This document shows, in pieces, positions 1 to 11,105 of a stretch of DNA of 64,000 bases. Both the position numbers and the translations under genes were made by a program. The DNA is from Octopus sinensis. Its lineage: Eukaryota. Within the stretch, counting starts at the first letter, position 1. Every line of letters starts with the position of its first letter. The stretch covers positions 94,674,001-94,738,000 of the forward strand of contig NC_043001.1 of the NCBI RefSeq assembly GCF_006345805.1, in the 5' to 3' direction. The notes below the pieces were generated by a model. It was not told the origin of the DNA and made no database searches. It worked only from the letters and a program-made list of their open reading frames with translations.

Positions 1-110
1 ACAAGAAATACGAAAATAAAGTTTAGAAAACAAGACAAGTAACATAAAAAAAGACCTTTCATCAGTTGACGGCTGTCCTTCTACTTCTTATTTCGATCAC
101 TGAACAACAA
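1..110 (-). mobile_element. Dispersed repeat fragment (homologous to 45690-45830) carrying CTGATGA; probable Penelope-like terminal sequence
   Basis: Minus strand caactgatgaaaggtctttttttatgttacttgtcttg aligns by eye with caactgatgaagggtaatactctttatgttgcatgtctcg near 45790; the PLE assignment is inference. Confidence 0.35.
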
Positions 111-174
111 TATAAGACTTTGAAAACAGTTACACCTGCGAGCCAAAATATAATTTGGAATTTGCGGAAGCTCA

Positions 175-197
175 TATATATATGTATCTATATATGC

Positions 198-239
<42 letters not shown>

Positions 240-289
240 TGTGTGTGTGTGTATGTCTGTATATACATGTGTATGTATACATATTATAT

Positions 290-345
<56 letters not shown>

Positions 346-363
346 TACATATAATATATATAT

Positions 364-429
<66 letters not shown>

Positions 430-470
430 ATATATAAATATATTTATCTGTCTGTCTCTCTCTCTCTCTG
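175..470. repeat. Compound (TA)n/(TG)n/(TC)n microsatellite
   Basis: Seen directly. Confidence 0.95.
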
Positions 471-480
471 TATGTTATAT

Positions 481-600
481 TAATTAGACGCTCTGTGAAG
501 GGAGAGAGTAAATGTTAATATTTCGAGCATAACTCTTCGTCGGAACAAGAAAGTCCAGAGACAAAGAACGAAAATAACGAAAAATCGCCAACAATCCCCG
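481..600 (-). mobile_element. Penelope-like terminal repeat fragment with a minimal hammerhead-like variant (homologous to 60481-60560)
   Basis: Minus strand ccgacgaa-gagt-tat-gctc-gaaatatt at 517-543; shares the taatt..gacgctc..ttaa..tttcgagc context with 60481-60542. Confidence 0.45.
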
Positions 601-920
601 TGGTTACATTCTGTGTATGTGTATGAGAGTGTGTGCGTGTATGGGGTGGGGGGTTGTGTGTGCGTGTGTATGTATGTGGCGGTGGTGGGGTTGAAATACA
701 TAGATAAATTGACAGATAAATAGATAGATAACTAGACAAATATTTGGAAGGCCTAGCTTTAGAGATGATGTAGAACAAAAAGAACATTTGGGTATATTAT
801 GAAATATTTGTATCGTAATGCTTGTATTTCATCGTTTGTATACAATACTCAACTTCGATATACTATCGAAAAACCACGAAGCTGCAATATTCTTCTTGAT
901 ACAGTCTCTAGTATAGGCGT

Positions 921-1107
921 TTACTCTTTTACTTTTCAGTCTTTTCACTGTGGCCATGCTGGAGCACAACGTTTAGTCGAGCAAATCGACTTCAGGACTT
1001 ATTCTTTGTAAGCCTAGTACTTATTCTATGGGTCATTTTGCTGAAACGCTAAGTTACGAGGAGGTAAGTGATGTTGGGGGGACTAAAACAGACACACAAA
1101 CATAAAC

Positions 1108-1157
<50 letters not shown>

Positions 1158-1317
1158 GCATATATACGACGGGATTTTTTCAGTTTCTGTCTACTAAATC
1201 CACTCACAAGGGTTTGGTCGGCTCGAGGCTATAGTACAAGGTGCTACGCAGTTGGAATGAACCCGGAACTTTGTGGTTGGTAAGCAAGCTACTTACCACA
1301 CAGCCACTCCTACGCCT
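921..1317 (-). mobile_element. tRNA-derived SINE, family A (head - internal microsatellite - tail)
   Basis: Reverse complement of head aggcgtaggagtggctgtgtggtaagtagc with B-box-like gggttcattcc; tail ctcgactaaa..tgctccagcatggcc shared with many copies in the window. Confidence 0.9.
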
Positions 1318-2194
1318 TTTTAGTGATAAAAACAACTCATAAGTGCATCAGTAGTAGAAGGAAATTCTGTAGCAGCGCTGGTAGAATTGCTTAGACAATT
1401 GCCATGAGGCAAATTTAGTTTTAACAAACACATATAATAAACAAACAAAACATGTGTACGTTGAAAACATATTTGTCGTAGATACATTAATAACTAGTCA
1501 TATGACCTGGATATGAACCTAGTCGCGAATGGGATGAAGTGCAGTGCATCCTACCAGTACTTGTATTATCAATAATTACTATGGGAATATAACTCATATT
1601 TACACGTTGCCTGAGAATCATTTAGGGATGATTCACTGACAACATGTTTTGCGAAATACTTCTAAATGTGTTGTAGAATAGTGTAAATGGGATTGTATGT
1701 GTATGACGTAACCAAAACTTAACAATTTGCCCTCAGTAATGTCTTAATTCTCTATTGATTTTCTTCATTTTTTTTCGTAGAGTTAACACTATCATCTGTC
1801 TACTTTAGTATTGGTGAATGAGCCTGTATCTATAAAAATAATTATAAAACTGCACAACCAAAAATTGGATAAATGCGTAATATCTGAAACTGATAAAATT
1901 AGCTAGATAATTAGTAAATTACATCGAATATAAGAGAACAGATGTCATGCAGTTCTTGCAGTACGGTGGGTGTGCAGTGTAGAACCTCCTCGCTGCATCC
2001 ACCTTTTGTTTGTGATTTCCTACTCTGGTCGGATATCACCGTTCCAATTCTTAGACAAGTCTCCAACGCGTGGTTCTGTTTGAGTAGTCACATATTTAAG
2101 TGCATTCAAAGTACTGTTTTTGTATGCACAATGACGTAATGTATATCAACATTAACGCTAGATGGTGCTCTAAGAAGCTTCTTCGTCATCTATA

Positions 2195-2620
2195 GGGTTA
2201 GGGATTCTGTCCAACTGCATGGCACCATGCATGTACGTTCTAAGATAGTCTCAAACCGACCAAAATCTCGTAAGTGGATTTGGTAGACGTAGAATGTAAG
2301 AGACCTGTCATTTATATGTAAATACACATACACACACATATGTGTGTGTATGTGCGAGCGTGTACGAGTGTGTGTGTGTGTGCAAGTGTGTACGAGTGTC
2401 TGTGTTTTTGTGCCTGTGTCTGTCCTCTCAACCGCTTTACAACCAGTACTGGTGTGTTTACATCCACGTAAGTTAACAGTTCAGAAAAAACTCACCGATA
2501 GAATATGTAGAAGGATTTTTAAAACAATAAGCACTATAATCGAAACATTTCGCTAAAAATAGTTGTAGGTTGTGCCCCAGTATGGCCGCACTTAAATAAC
2601 TGGATAAAGTAAAAGATAAA
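2195..2620 (+). mobile_element. Decayed SINE family A
   Basis: ccgaccaaaatctcgtaagtggatttggtagacg and gccccagtatggccgcac match family A. Confidence 0.65.
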
Positions 2621-4138
2621 AGCTTAGGAATAAGGATCTAAAATATCGCCAATCGTGTATGCTTATCTTCTAGTGTTATTATCTATAATTATATATCAAG
2701 CAATATACGCACATTTCTAAATTATATATATAACAATAAGTATAAAAGACTGATCACGAGTTATATTTCACCGCATGGTTTTTTTTAGACCAAAATTAAT
2801 GGTATTCCATAAACTCAATGTCGCTATATTTTTTCTAGTCATTTATGTCAATATATTATATTATTCCTCTAATTCGCCTACTCTGCATTCCACAAAACTA
2901 AGTGTGCAAATAAATGAATAATTTAATGCATCTACCATTATTTTTAATGATGAATAATTCTGGAAACTCTCACATGATCAAACCTTCATTTTAGGAATGT
3001 TAAATAGACGTTTCATTACTCCTTCTACCCTGGAATCGACACCAATTACTTAACGTTAATTTAGAGAATACATGCACAATGGAGAAATACTCTGACCACT
3101 GTTTGTAGCAGTGGTTTATATTTCTGTAATTAGAGATAATGACCTTAATCGCTCGTATAATATCACTAAATGAAATCAATTTTGATCACGCACAAATTCA
3201 AAATGAATGGCCTGTATATATTTAAACAGCGGCTACATATTTATAGTTATACTAGCTTGTTATAGTCAATATCATCCAAGCTTATTCTTAAGACACTCAA
3301 CAATAGTACTTGCATTAATGCATTTACTCAAGTGGAGTGAAGAGTTAAATGAAAACGTTAAATATATTCCAGGCATGTGATGCAGAAAACAACAATGAAC
3401 TAACTCTTTGTAATGTGTTTATGTAGCCGTGATTATTATTGGAGGGGTTTCGTTGTTACATTAAAACAGTATATAATATTATATATCATTACGGTACTAT
3501 ATGAATATCTATACGGAAAATTTTAGAAAATAAAAAAAAATCTTTAATGAATTATTTCAATTGTATATATTCATGAACATGAATTTCTTTAATTTTTTAA
3601 AATAAAATAAATCTGTTTTGTTTTCGTGAATGCAAAGAAACAAGCGAGCGTTGTTTTTCCCTTTATGAGAAAATATCCACAAGTTCAAAAACTGTTTACG
3701 CAGTGTTCTCTTCGTTTGTAACCTGCAGGACGTACCTCAATTTTTTCCCGATTTCACTTAGAAAAACATTCTACGAGAATTTTAAACAAAAAATATTTTT
3801 CATTTGTATAAGCGTCAATCATTTGGGACAGAAAATCATTATCTTAAATTGATATAGTCATTAATATATTTATACATCATTCAGAGAATGTGAGAATAAT
3901 CTCATTGCCACTCCCCAAAATTGAGAGGCAGTAGTTTCCTCTTTGCCAGTATCAGCTGCTTCAAGATTCAGGGTATATATCATTTTCAACCGGTCTCTTT
4001 TTTTTATATCTTTAGACTCTCGATAATTCTGGGTGGATTTAAATCGCATGACAGACACATAATCACACACACACACATATGTATATGCCTATATAGAATA
4101 TAGGTATATATATATATATATATTTATCTATATATGTC

Positions 4139-4394
4139 ACGCTGGTGAGACCCATATTGGAGTATGGGATTCAAGCCTCTTCTCCTTATCTCCTCAAAGA
4201 CATACAGCACCTCGAAAGAGGAACAAGCTGCCAGACGAGATGGTGAAGATGCCGACGACCGCTTTGTTCAAAGCCTCCCTGGATCTCAAGTGGCCTGAAC
4301 TCTTTACATGAACACCACCCTGTACTTAACTCCATGTCCCCCTACATGGCCTTGCTATTTGCTTTGAGCCAAATTAACTAACTAACTAACTAAC
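4139..4394 (+). mobile_element. CR1-type LINE 3' end with internal deletion
   Basis: Translates TLVRPILEYGIQASSPYLLKDIQHLER, then NKLPDEMVKMPTTALFKASLDLKWPELFT*; ends in a (TAAC)n tail typical of the CR1 clade. Confidence 0.85.
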
Positions 4395-4398
4395 ATAT

Positions 4399-4458
<60 letters not shown>

Positions 4459-4480
4459 ATATATATATATGCATATATAT

Positions 4481-4516
<36 letters not shown>

Positions 4517-4810
4517 ATATGTATGTATATATATATATAATATATAGTATGTATGCATATATATATATTTATATATGTATGTATATATATAATATATATA
4601 TGTATGTATGCATGAATATGAATATATATAATATATATATGTATATATATATATATATATATGATGCATGTATATATATATATATATGAATGTGGTATAT
4701 ATATATATATGTATGTGTATATATATAATATATATATATTATATATATTATATATATATAATTTATGTGAAATATATATTATATATTTATGTATGTATAC
4801 GTGTATGTGT
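4395..4810. repeat. Long interrupted (TA)n microsatellite
   Basis: Seen directly. Confidence 0.95.
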
Positions 4811-5230
4811 TTGCAGATGTATATACGTTAATGAATATTAATGTACCCAGAAAGACATGCAGACGGATAGTTATATAGGTAATATGAACAAACACACATA
4901 CACACAAACACACAAATTCAGACACATGAATATGCATAATACGTACATAAAACCGTACACACACACATACATACATTCATACATATATACATACGCACGC
5001 ACACATACATGCATACAGAAACATACATACATGCATACATACATACTTACATACGTACTTGTGTATGTGCACGTACACTGTCCCAAAGACATTCGCACAA
5101 ACAAACAAAAATAACGTTACTCGGATATCAGACAATGTCAAAGGACTACTGAACGGAAATATTAGAAAATTAAATAAGTAAATGAGTGTTTAAATAATAA
5201 GGCACTAAAGGGAAACGACTCTCCCGAGTC

Positions 5231-5284
<54 letters not shown>

Positions 5285-5336
5285 ATATATATATTATATA
5301 TATAATATATATATATATAACATTATTGGTGAATTG

Positions 5337-5445
5337 AAGAAATGGAGCTGAACGCAGATTGAACAGAAATCGTTTTATTTCATTCTACACGTGTTTCGAA
5401 AGGCACAAATTACCAAAATCCGATTGAATTACCAAATCCATATAT
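5337..5445 (-). mobile_element. Penelope-like terminal fragment with the 3' half of a hammerhead motif
   Basis: Minus strand gaaac-acgt-gta at 5386-5397, followed by tgcgttcagctccattt, which recurs (tgcgttcaactccattt) next to the 40.7 kb hammerhead; the CTGANGA half is lost at the (TA)n tract. Confidence 0.5.
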
Positions 5446-5479
5446 ATATATATATTATATATATATGAATGTATTTTTA

Positions 5480-5841
5480 TTGGCTAAACTGGCAAGATGA
5501 CTATTCCGAACACTATATACAACTATAATCCGGATGTCACCTGATGTTTGTGACAGAACAGAAGATCTCCTCAGCAGGATCAATGACTGCAACAACAGTT
5601 GTGACCTGACAGGATGTATGATGGGTAGCATGGATGTGGTATCCCTATACCCATTGATCGACGTAGATTTTGCGGTGGAGAAGTGCGTGGAGATGTTCAA
5701 CGAGAGCCAGGTGGAGTTCCGTAATGTCAACACAGAGGAACTGGGCCTCCTACTTAGACTGGCATGTAGCAATGAATACCTTGATAAACATAATCTTAGT
5801 AGTTTCTGCCCCAGTAGATGTTTAAGAGGTAGACCACCCAC
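5480..5841 (+). mobile_element. Penelope-like element reverse transcriptase fragment
   Basis: MSPDVCDRTEDLLSRINDCN...MMGSMDVVSLYPLIDVDFAVEKCVEM...ELGLLLRL resembles the PLE RT S.DV.SLY motif region; truncated at a triplet repeat. Confidence 0.8.
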
Positions 5842-5990
5842 AATTATTATTGCCACCATTACCACTATCATTATTACCACTACTACTATTATTACTATTA
5901 CCACCACAACTATCACTACTACCATCATAACTACTTCTACTGTTACCACCACCACTACTACTACCACTAGTATTGTTATTACCGTTATTC
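5842..5990. repeat. Degenerate (ACC/ACT/ATT)n triplet repeat
   Basis: Seen directly; source of the poly-Thr/poly-Val ORF segments. Confidence 0.9.
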
Positions 5991-6384
5991 CTACCATTGC
6001 CCTTATTGCTATCATTCTGATTATCGCTAGTGATATTTTTATTGTTCCTGTTTCTGGTGTATGTGTTGTTCATATTAGTGTTGGGTTTTATGCCTGGGTG
6101 TTGGTCCCCGTCAGTCCTTCTGTTGTAGTTGTTATTTTTGTTCCTATGAGTATTGTTATCTGTTTCAAGTCTACTGACTCCCTGTCCAAGGATTCTGTCG
6201 CATTCAACTTTATTTTCCATCGTATATAGACTGATAGAGAAATTGATATTAATGTTTCGCATGGGTATGAAGATAGTACTAAACAGTTGTTAGAACAGAA
6301 TTAATTTATGCTTTACATTAAGGGAGTATATAGAGAGCAATAAGTTAATGAATGCTAAAGAATATGAGTTAGCTCATTGCCTAT

Positions 6385-6549
6385 ATTAGCTTACAGCTGT
6401 TCCTGCTATAGGAACCATTGCACTCAGAAATGAGTGAATGTGCAAAATTTTACAACTTCCTTTAATGTCTTCGAGAAATCTATTAGCAGTTGCACAAGCA
6501 CCAGCTTTGAGTGCAATGGCTCTTACGCAAGAAATAGCTGTAAGCTAAT
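6385..6549. repeat. Imperfect inverted repeat, ~60-bp arms, 44-bp spacer (MITE-like)
   Basis: Left arm attagcttacagct..ccattgcactca..tgtgcaa matches the reverse complement of ttgcaca..tgagtgcaatgg..agctgtaagctaat. Confidence 0.85.
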
Positions 6550-7000
6550 GAAGGTGATTATGTATCTCCTGTTGTTCCGTCATTCAGCAATTTATGTATG
6601 CATGTATGTATGTGTGCGGGAGTGAATGCATGTACCTATGTACACACACACATATATATAAATATATATACATATATATATATATATATTGGAAAATACA
6701 TATATGTACTCACGCATTCATATATATGCATGTATATAAGTACACATATATATATATATGCATATATGTATATGTGTGTGTGTGTAAAGATGCCCGTTGA
6801 TGCACACGCACTCGCATACGGATACACTACACACACAGATGTAAGCATACACACATTTACTTCAGTTCGAAATTAATGAAATACATTTTGGCGCAATCTG
6901 AATGAAATCGAGTTAAGAAAGTGTAATTATGCTAGATGAGATATTAATTTTCTTTTGTGTAGTAGCTCCTGTTATATACATTTGCTTTTTTCAGCAACTG

Positions 7001-7003
<3 letters not shown>

Positions 7004-7066
<63 letters not shown>

Positions 7067-7095
7067 TTAATAATAATAATAATAATAATAATAAT
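7004..7095. repeat. (TAA)n tract abutting the 3' end of a family B SINE
   Basis: Seen directly. Confidence 0.95.
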
Positions 7096-7293
7096 CCTTT
7101 ATACTATAGGTACGAGGACTGAAATTTCAGGAGGAGAAATAGTGCCAGTACTTTAGCGGTACTTATTTTATCAACCCCATAATGATGAAATCAAAGTTGA
7201 TCTCGGCTGAATTTGAATTCAGAATCTAGAGACTGATGAAATACCGATAATGATTTCGCCCGGCCTCCTAACGATTCTGCCAGCTGGCCACCT
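7096..7293 (-). mobile_element. tRNA-derived SINE family B, decayed
   Basis: aaagttgatctcggctgaatttgaattcagaa..gaaatac..ttctgccagct matches the other family B copies. Confidence 0.8.
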
Positions 7294-7309
7294 TAATAAT
7301 ACACATAGT

Positions 7310-8500
7310 AATGACCAACTATAAAGGAGTTAGAACCAGAGGAGAGCTACGAATACATAGTGATATTTGAGGATGTCGTAATTAAATATTCAATGATAAT
7401 GAAAAAGAACAGCAAAGAATGTTATCGCAGGGTAAAGGAAATACTCAATATGGAGCTGGGCGCAAGGAACCGGATCGAAGCTATCAAACATGTAGCCGTA
7501 CCAGCCGTAACTTACAGTTTCAATATTATTAACTGGTCAATTATCAAAGTCTGTAATCTTGACAGTAAAATATAAAAATAGTTGACAAAGAATAGAATAT
7601 ACCCCTCTAATACAGATCTAGAACAAAAGTGGGTGGCCGTAGACTTTTATAAATTGAAATGACAATGAAGATTGCCACAATTAGCCTAAACACTTACCTG
7701 GAAAACCCTGATGACTGGATGCTAACTCTCGTCTTAAATCTTGAAAACAAGAAAACCGAATACTCAGTAACAAAGAGTCATAGAAATAGACCAAAGAAGC
7801 AAAGTGGAAGGCAAATACAACAAATCCCAGAATAAGATTACTGGAAACAAGCAGAGACACAGCTAAGCCTGTAAAATCCCTTCCTAAACATGTGCTTTAT
7901 ATATTCTTACAGATAAATCGAAAGAAAAACCTCTCAATGGCAAATAACCAAAGAGAGCGTATAATACTAATGTTGACAAAGCTCTTACCAATCAATGGCA
8001 AATATCTTCCGGCTTAAAATCAGAGACAGAAAGTTTCATCATAGCAGCTCAGGATCAATGCCACCTAAAAGACGTTACTAGGCAAACATCTTAAAGAACG
8101 TCAGTAGCCCATCATGTCGTGTATGTAAGCAACAAAAGGAAGCCGAGTACCCTTCTTGCGCCTACATAGTGCCTCAGCAGGCATGAAAGAGTGACACAAT
8201 ATATACACTGGTTAATCCACACCGCCCCCATCATAAAAACTGGTGGGAACGCAAACCATCGCCAATGCTTAAAAATGTCATCTCACTCTGTGCAATTTGA
8301 CAAAAATATAGATGAAAATAGCCCAGATATTATACAGAAGAAAAGTCATACCTGCTCATCGATATGACTGTCCCAATTTACGTAAATGTATATGCCAAGG
8401 CCTACCATAATTTGAGCAAATATAATGCCCTTGAAATAGAAATTGGCAGAACAAAGACTGTTGCAATATAGTGCGTCCATTCTCAAGTGGACTGATGAAG
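7310..8500 (+). mobile_element. R4/Dong-clade LINE 3' fragment 1 (RT end, zinc knuckle, RLE), decayed
   Basis: KELEPEESYEY, RNRIEAIKHVAVPAVTYSFNIINW, GLKSETESFIIAAQDQC, CRVCKQ, and an LLIDMTVP-like RLE segment; many stops and frameshifts. Confidence 0.85.
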
Positions 8501-8559
8501 AAATATAGAAGTATTATTGACAAATGACAAATTTAATAACAACGTACGTAACTATATAA

Positions 8560-9500
8560 TCTAAGGGACATAAAAATAGATCATGTATGAAAAGAAAGTA
8601 TCGTGGTGAAATCATCATCAATGTAGACTTTTGTATAATGCGTGAAAGATCACTTTGAGTTATTTAGTATAGAGTGCCGAAGATTTGTTGTGATAAGCAA
8701 CAGTAGGTATAAGTATAAATGCAGATGAAATATTTAGTATGGAGGAATTTCAACGGTGCACAAGAGTAGACAAAAGAGGCTCTTTCGGAAATGAAAATAC
8801 GTGACAAACTTGAAAGTAATGCGCTGGATATCAAGAAAAAAAATCATGAATTTGACTGAGTGAAAGCGATTTGAAGCAAAGAACTGAAAGCCTTATAATT
8901 GCAAGAACCAGCTCTTGTTGCCTTTTCTGTGATGTATAAAAAATCTATAAAACCTCTGAAACCCAGAAAAGCAAACTCTGTGAAAATAATGTTGAAAATG
9001 TTAAACACATGTTAAGTGTTTTATGAGATGATTACGCCCAAAAGAATACAAATGCAGCCATGACAATATCTGTTCAGGTATTCGCCGTTATGTCGTAATT
9101 CCCAATATAAAGCAACAAGGAATTGGTGTAAGCAAGTACAAGCAAAGTAATGCAATAATATGGGGAAACAACGATATTCTGGGATTCTGACAGCTGTTCA
9201 ACTGAGCATCGCCGACCCGGTCATGGTCGGATTGAAAAAGAAACATAAATACCGGCAGATCGCTGATGCAACTATACCAAATAATGTAAATATTACGAGT
9301 AAAGTGGATTAAACTTTCATTACGTACTCCGAAATGAAAGTGGAGATAGTAAAATTGTTTTGAATACTAGAGGGTGACATAAGGTTGCGATCGATGCATT
9401 AGGGACAATCAAAAAGTCAAGACTTCGTAAAACGGTTAGGAAAAACATGCACGGTTGGTATTGTAGAAACAACACACACTTTAAGGAAAATATTATCTGT
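8560..9500 (+). mobile_element. R4/Dong-clade LINE 3' fragment 2, heavily decayed
   Basis: LKQRTESLIIA..EPAL, KLCENNVENVKHMLS, AQKEYKCSHDN, TILGF/WDSD..RRPG..DALGTIKK remnants. Confidence 0.7.
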
Positions 9501-9689
9501 CTGTGTATCTTTTTGTAACGTCAGAGATGACTAAATACTCCGTTGTGTTTTCCACCTACCATGCGTAACAACATTACATATTGAAAATAATGGTGGACTC
9601 TCGCGCTGAAGACGACGCATGAACGTTTAGCTATTGCCCTAACAACCTGCGTATATGACTGTTACATAGTGATAAAACATTCGTGCCTC

Positions 9690-9865
9690 ACATTATGTCA
9701 ATCGGTCTAGCAAATCGCAATTGTCTGAACAGGGACACTCTGTACCACACGTCAGTTGTCGAAGTCATACAGAGCAATCTGAGATGAAGTGTTGTGCTGA
9801 AGAACGCAATGCACCACCTGGACTAGGACTTGGAAACATGATGACTAAGTGCAACACGCTAACCA
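9690..9865 (-). mobile_element. Decayed tRNA-derived SINE of another family
   Basis: Minus strand starts gtggttagcgtgttgcactt..ccaagtcctagtcc (A/B-box-like). Confidence 0.45.
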
Positions 9866-9884
9866 CAAAGATCTGCCCTCTCAC

Positions 9885-9902
9885 ATAATAACAATAATAA
9901 TA

Positions 9903-9960
<58 letters not shown>
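9885..9960. repeat. (TAA)n tract, 5' flank of Dong fragment 3
   Basis: Seen directly. Confidence 0.95.
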
Positions 9961-9961
<1 letters not shown>

Positions 9962-10502
9962 TAACGATTCTGTGGGACTCTCAAGTACATACAGACCGAA
10001 CAATCAAAGCCAATAAACCGGATATTGTTGTGAAAGACCAAAACAATAAAGTTTGCTTATTGATCGATATGAGCATCCCCTGTGATCATAATATCTCGGC
10101 GAAAGAATTTGACAAGCTCGGAAAATATAAAGACTTGCTCATTGAAATTGAGAAAATGTGGCATCTCAAGGCGGTTACAATACCAGTGATCGTAGGAGCA
10201 CTAGGAATGATCAAAAAGCGAACCGAAAATTATATGAGAAGGATCCCGGGCTTACCATCCCTGCAAGATGTGCAAAAGATTGCCTCAACTGCTACATCAC
10301 ACGTATTGAGAAGAGCATTGTCGATGTGAGAACTATTACTACCCATGTATCTTAATTTAACTTTATTTCTATAAAAAAAAATGAACGAACTAGTGAGTTT
10401 AGTTTAATGGCCTACCAATGTATACAATGAGTTTCTTTGCCCTAGGAGTCGGGAAGACACTCGGCAAGAAATGGAAGCAAATTTGAAAGAAGAAGAAAAA
10501 CC
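9961..10502 (+). mobile_element. R4/Dong-clade LINE 3' fragment 3: intact restriction-like endonuclease frame plus 3' UTR
   Basis: Open frame 9961-10329: VTILWDSQVHTDRTIKANKPDIVVKDQNNKVCLLIDMSIPCDHNISAKEFDKLGKYKDLLIEIEKMWHLKAVTIPVIVGALG..LRRALSM* (PD..D..K RLE motif); (TAA)n on both sides. Confidence 0.92.
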
Positions 10503-10503
10503 C

Positions 10504-10555
<52 letters not shown>

Positions 10556-10563
10556 TGATAATA

Positions 10564-10618
<55 letters not shown>

Positions 10619-10674
10619 TAATAATGATAATAGTAATGGGAATGATAATAAAAATAATAATGATACCAATAACA

Positions 10675-10731
<57 letters not shown>

Positions 10732-10762
10732 TAATAATAATAATAACAACAACAATAACAAC
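10503..10762. repeat. Long (TAA)n/(TGA)/(CAA) triplet tract
   Basis: Seen directly. Confidence 0.95.
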
Positions 10763-10764
10763 AA

Positions 10765-11105
10765 CAGCACAGAAAATATTTGAGAAAATGATGAAACAAC
10801 GATACTCTGGGAGAAGCCAATACAATCAGGTAGAGGAACAAAGGTTAATAGACTAGTTGTCAGAGACCATTAACAAAGTTATGCACTCTAATCGACGTAT
10901 CAATTCCAACAAACGACAATGTATGTCTAAAAGAAATGAAACAAACGGGGAAGTTAAGAACTGTAACAAACGCTCTACTAATAAGGTGCATTAGGTATGA
11001 ATAAAAAAGAATGCGTAATAGAAGAATAAATAACCAAAGCACCCGGTCCTTACGAATACATATAGCATATAAGAAAAAAATCCCCACCGTAGGCATGTTA
11101 CCCAA
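10765..11105 (+). mobile_element. R4/Dong-clade LINE 3' fragment 4 (RLE), decayed
   Basis: ENDETTILWEKPIQ..VVRD..LIDVSIPTNDNVCLKEMK..LLIGALG remnants. Confidence 0.7.

Noticed and set aside
2190-2205. TTAGGG telomere-like repeat
   Set aside because: Fewer than two full units, inside a decayed SINE head.
5534-6229. 231-aa ORF as a mucin-like or membrane gene
   Set aside because: It is a Penelope RT fragment running through a triplet repeat into unrelated antisense sequence.
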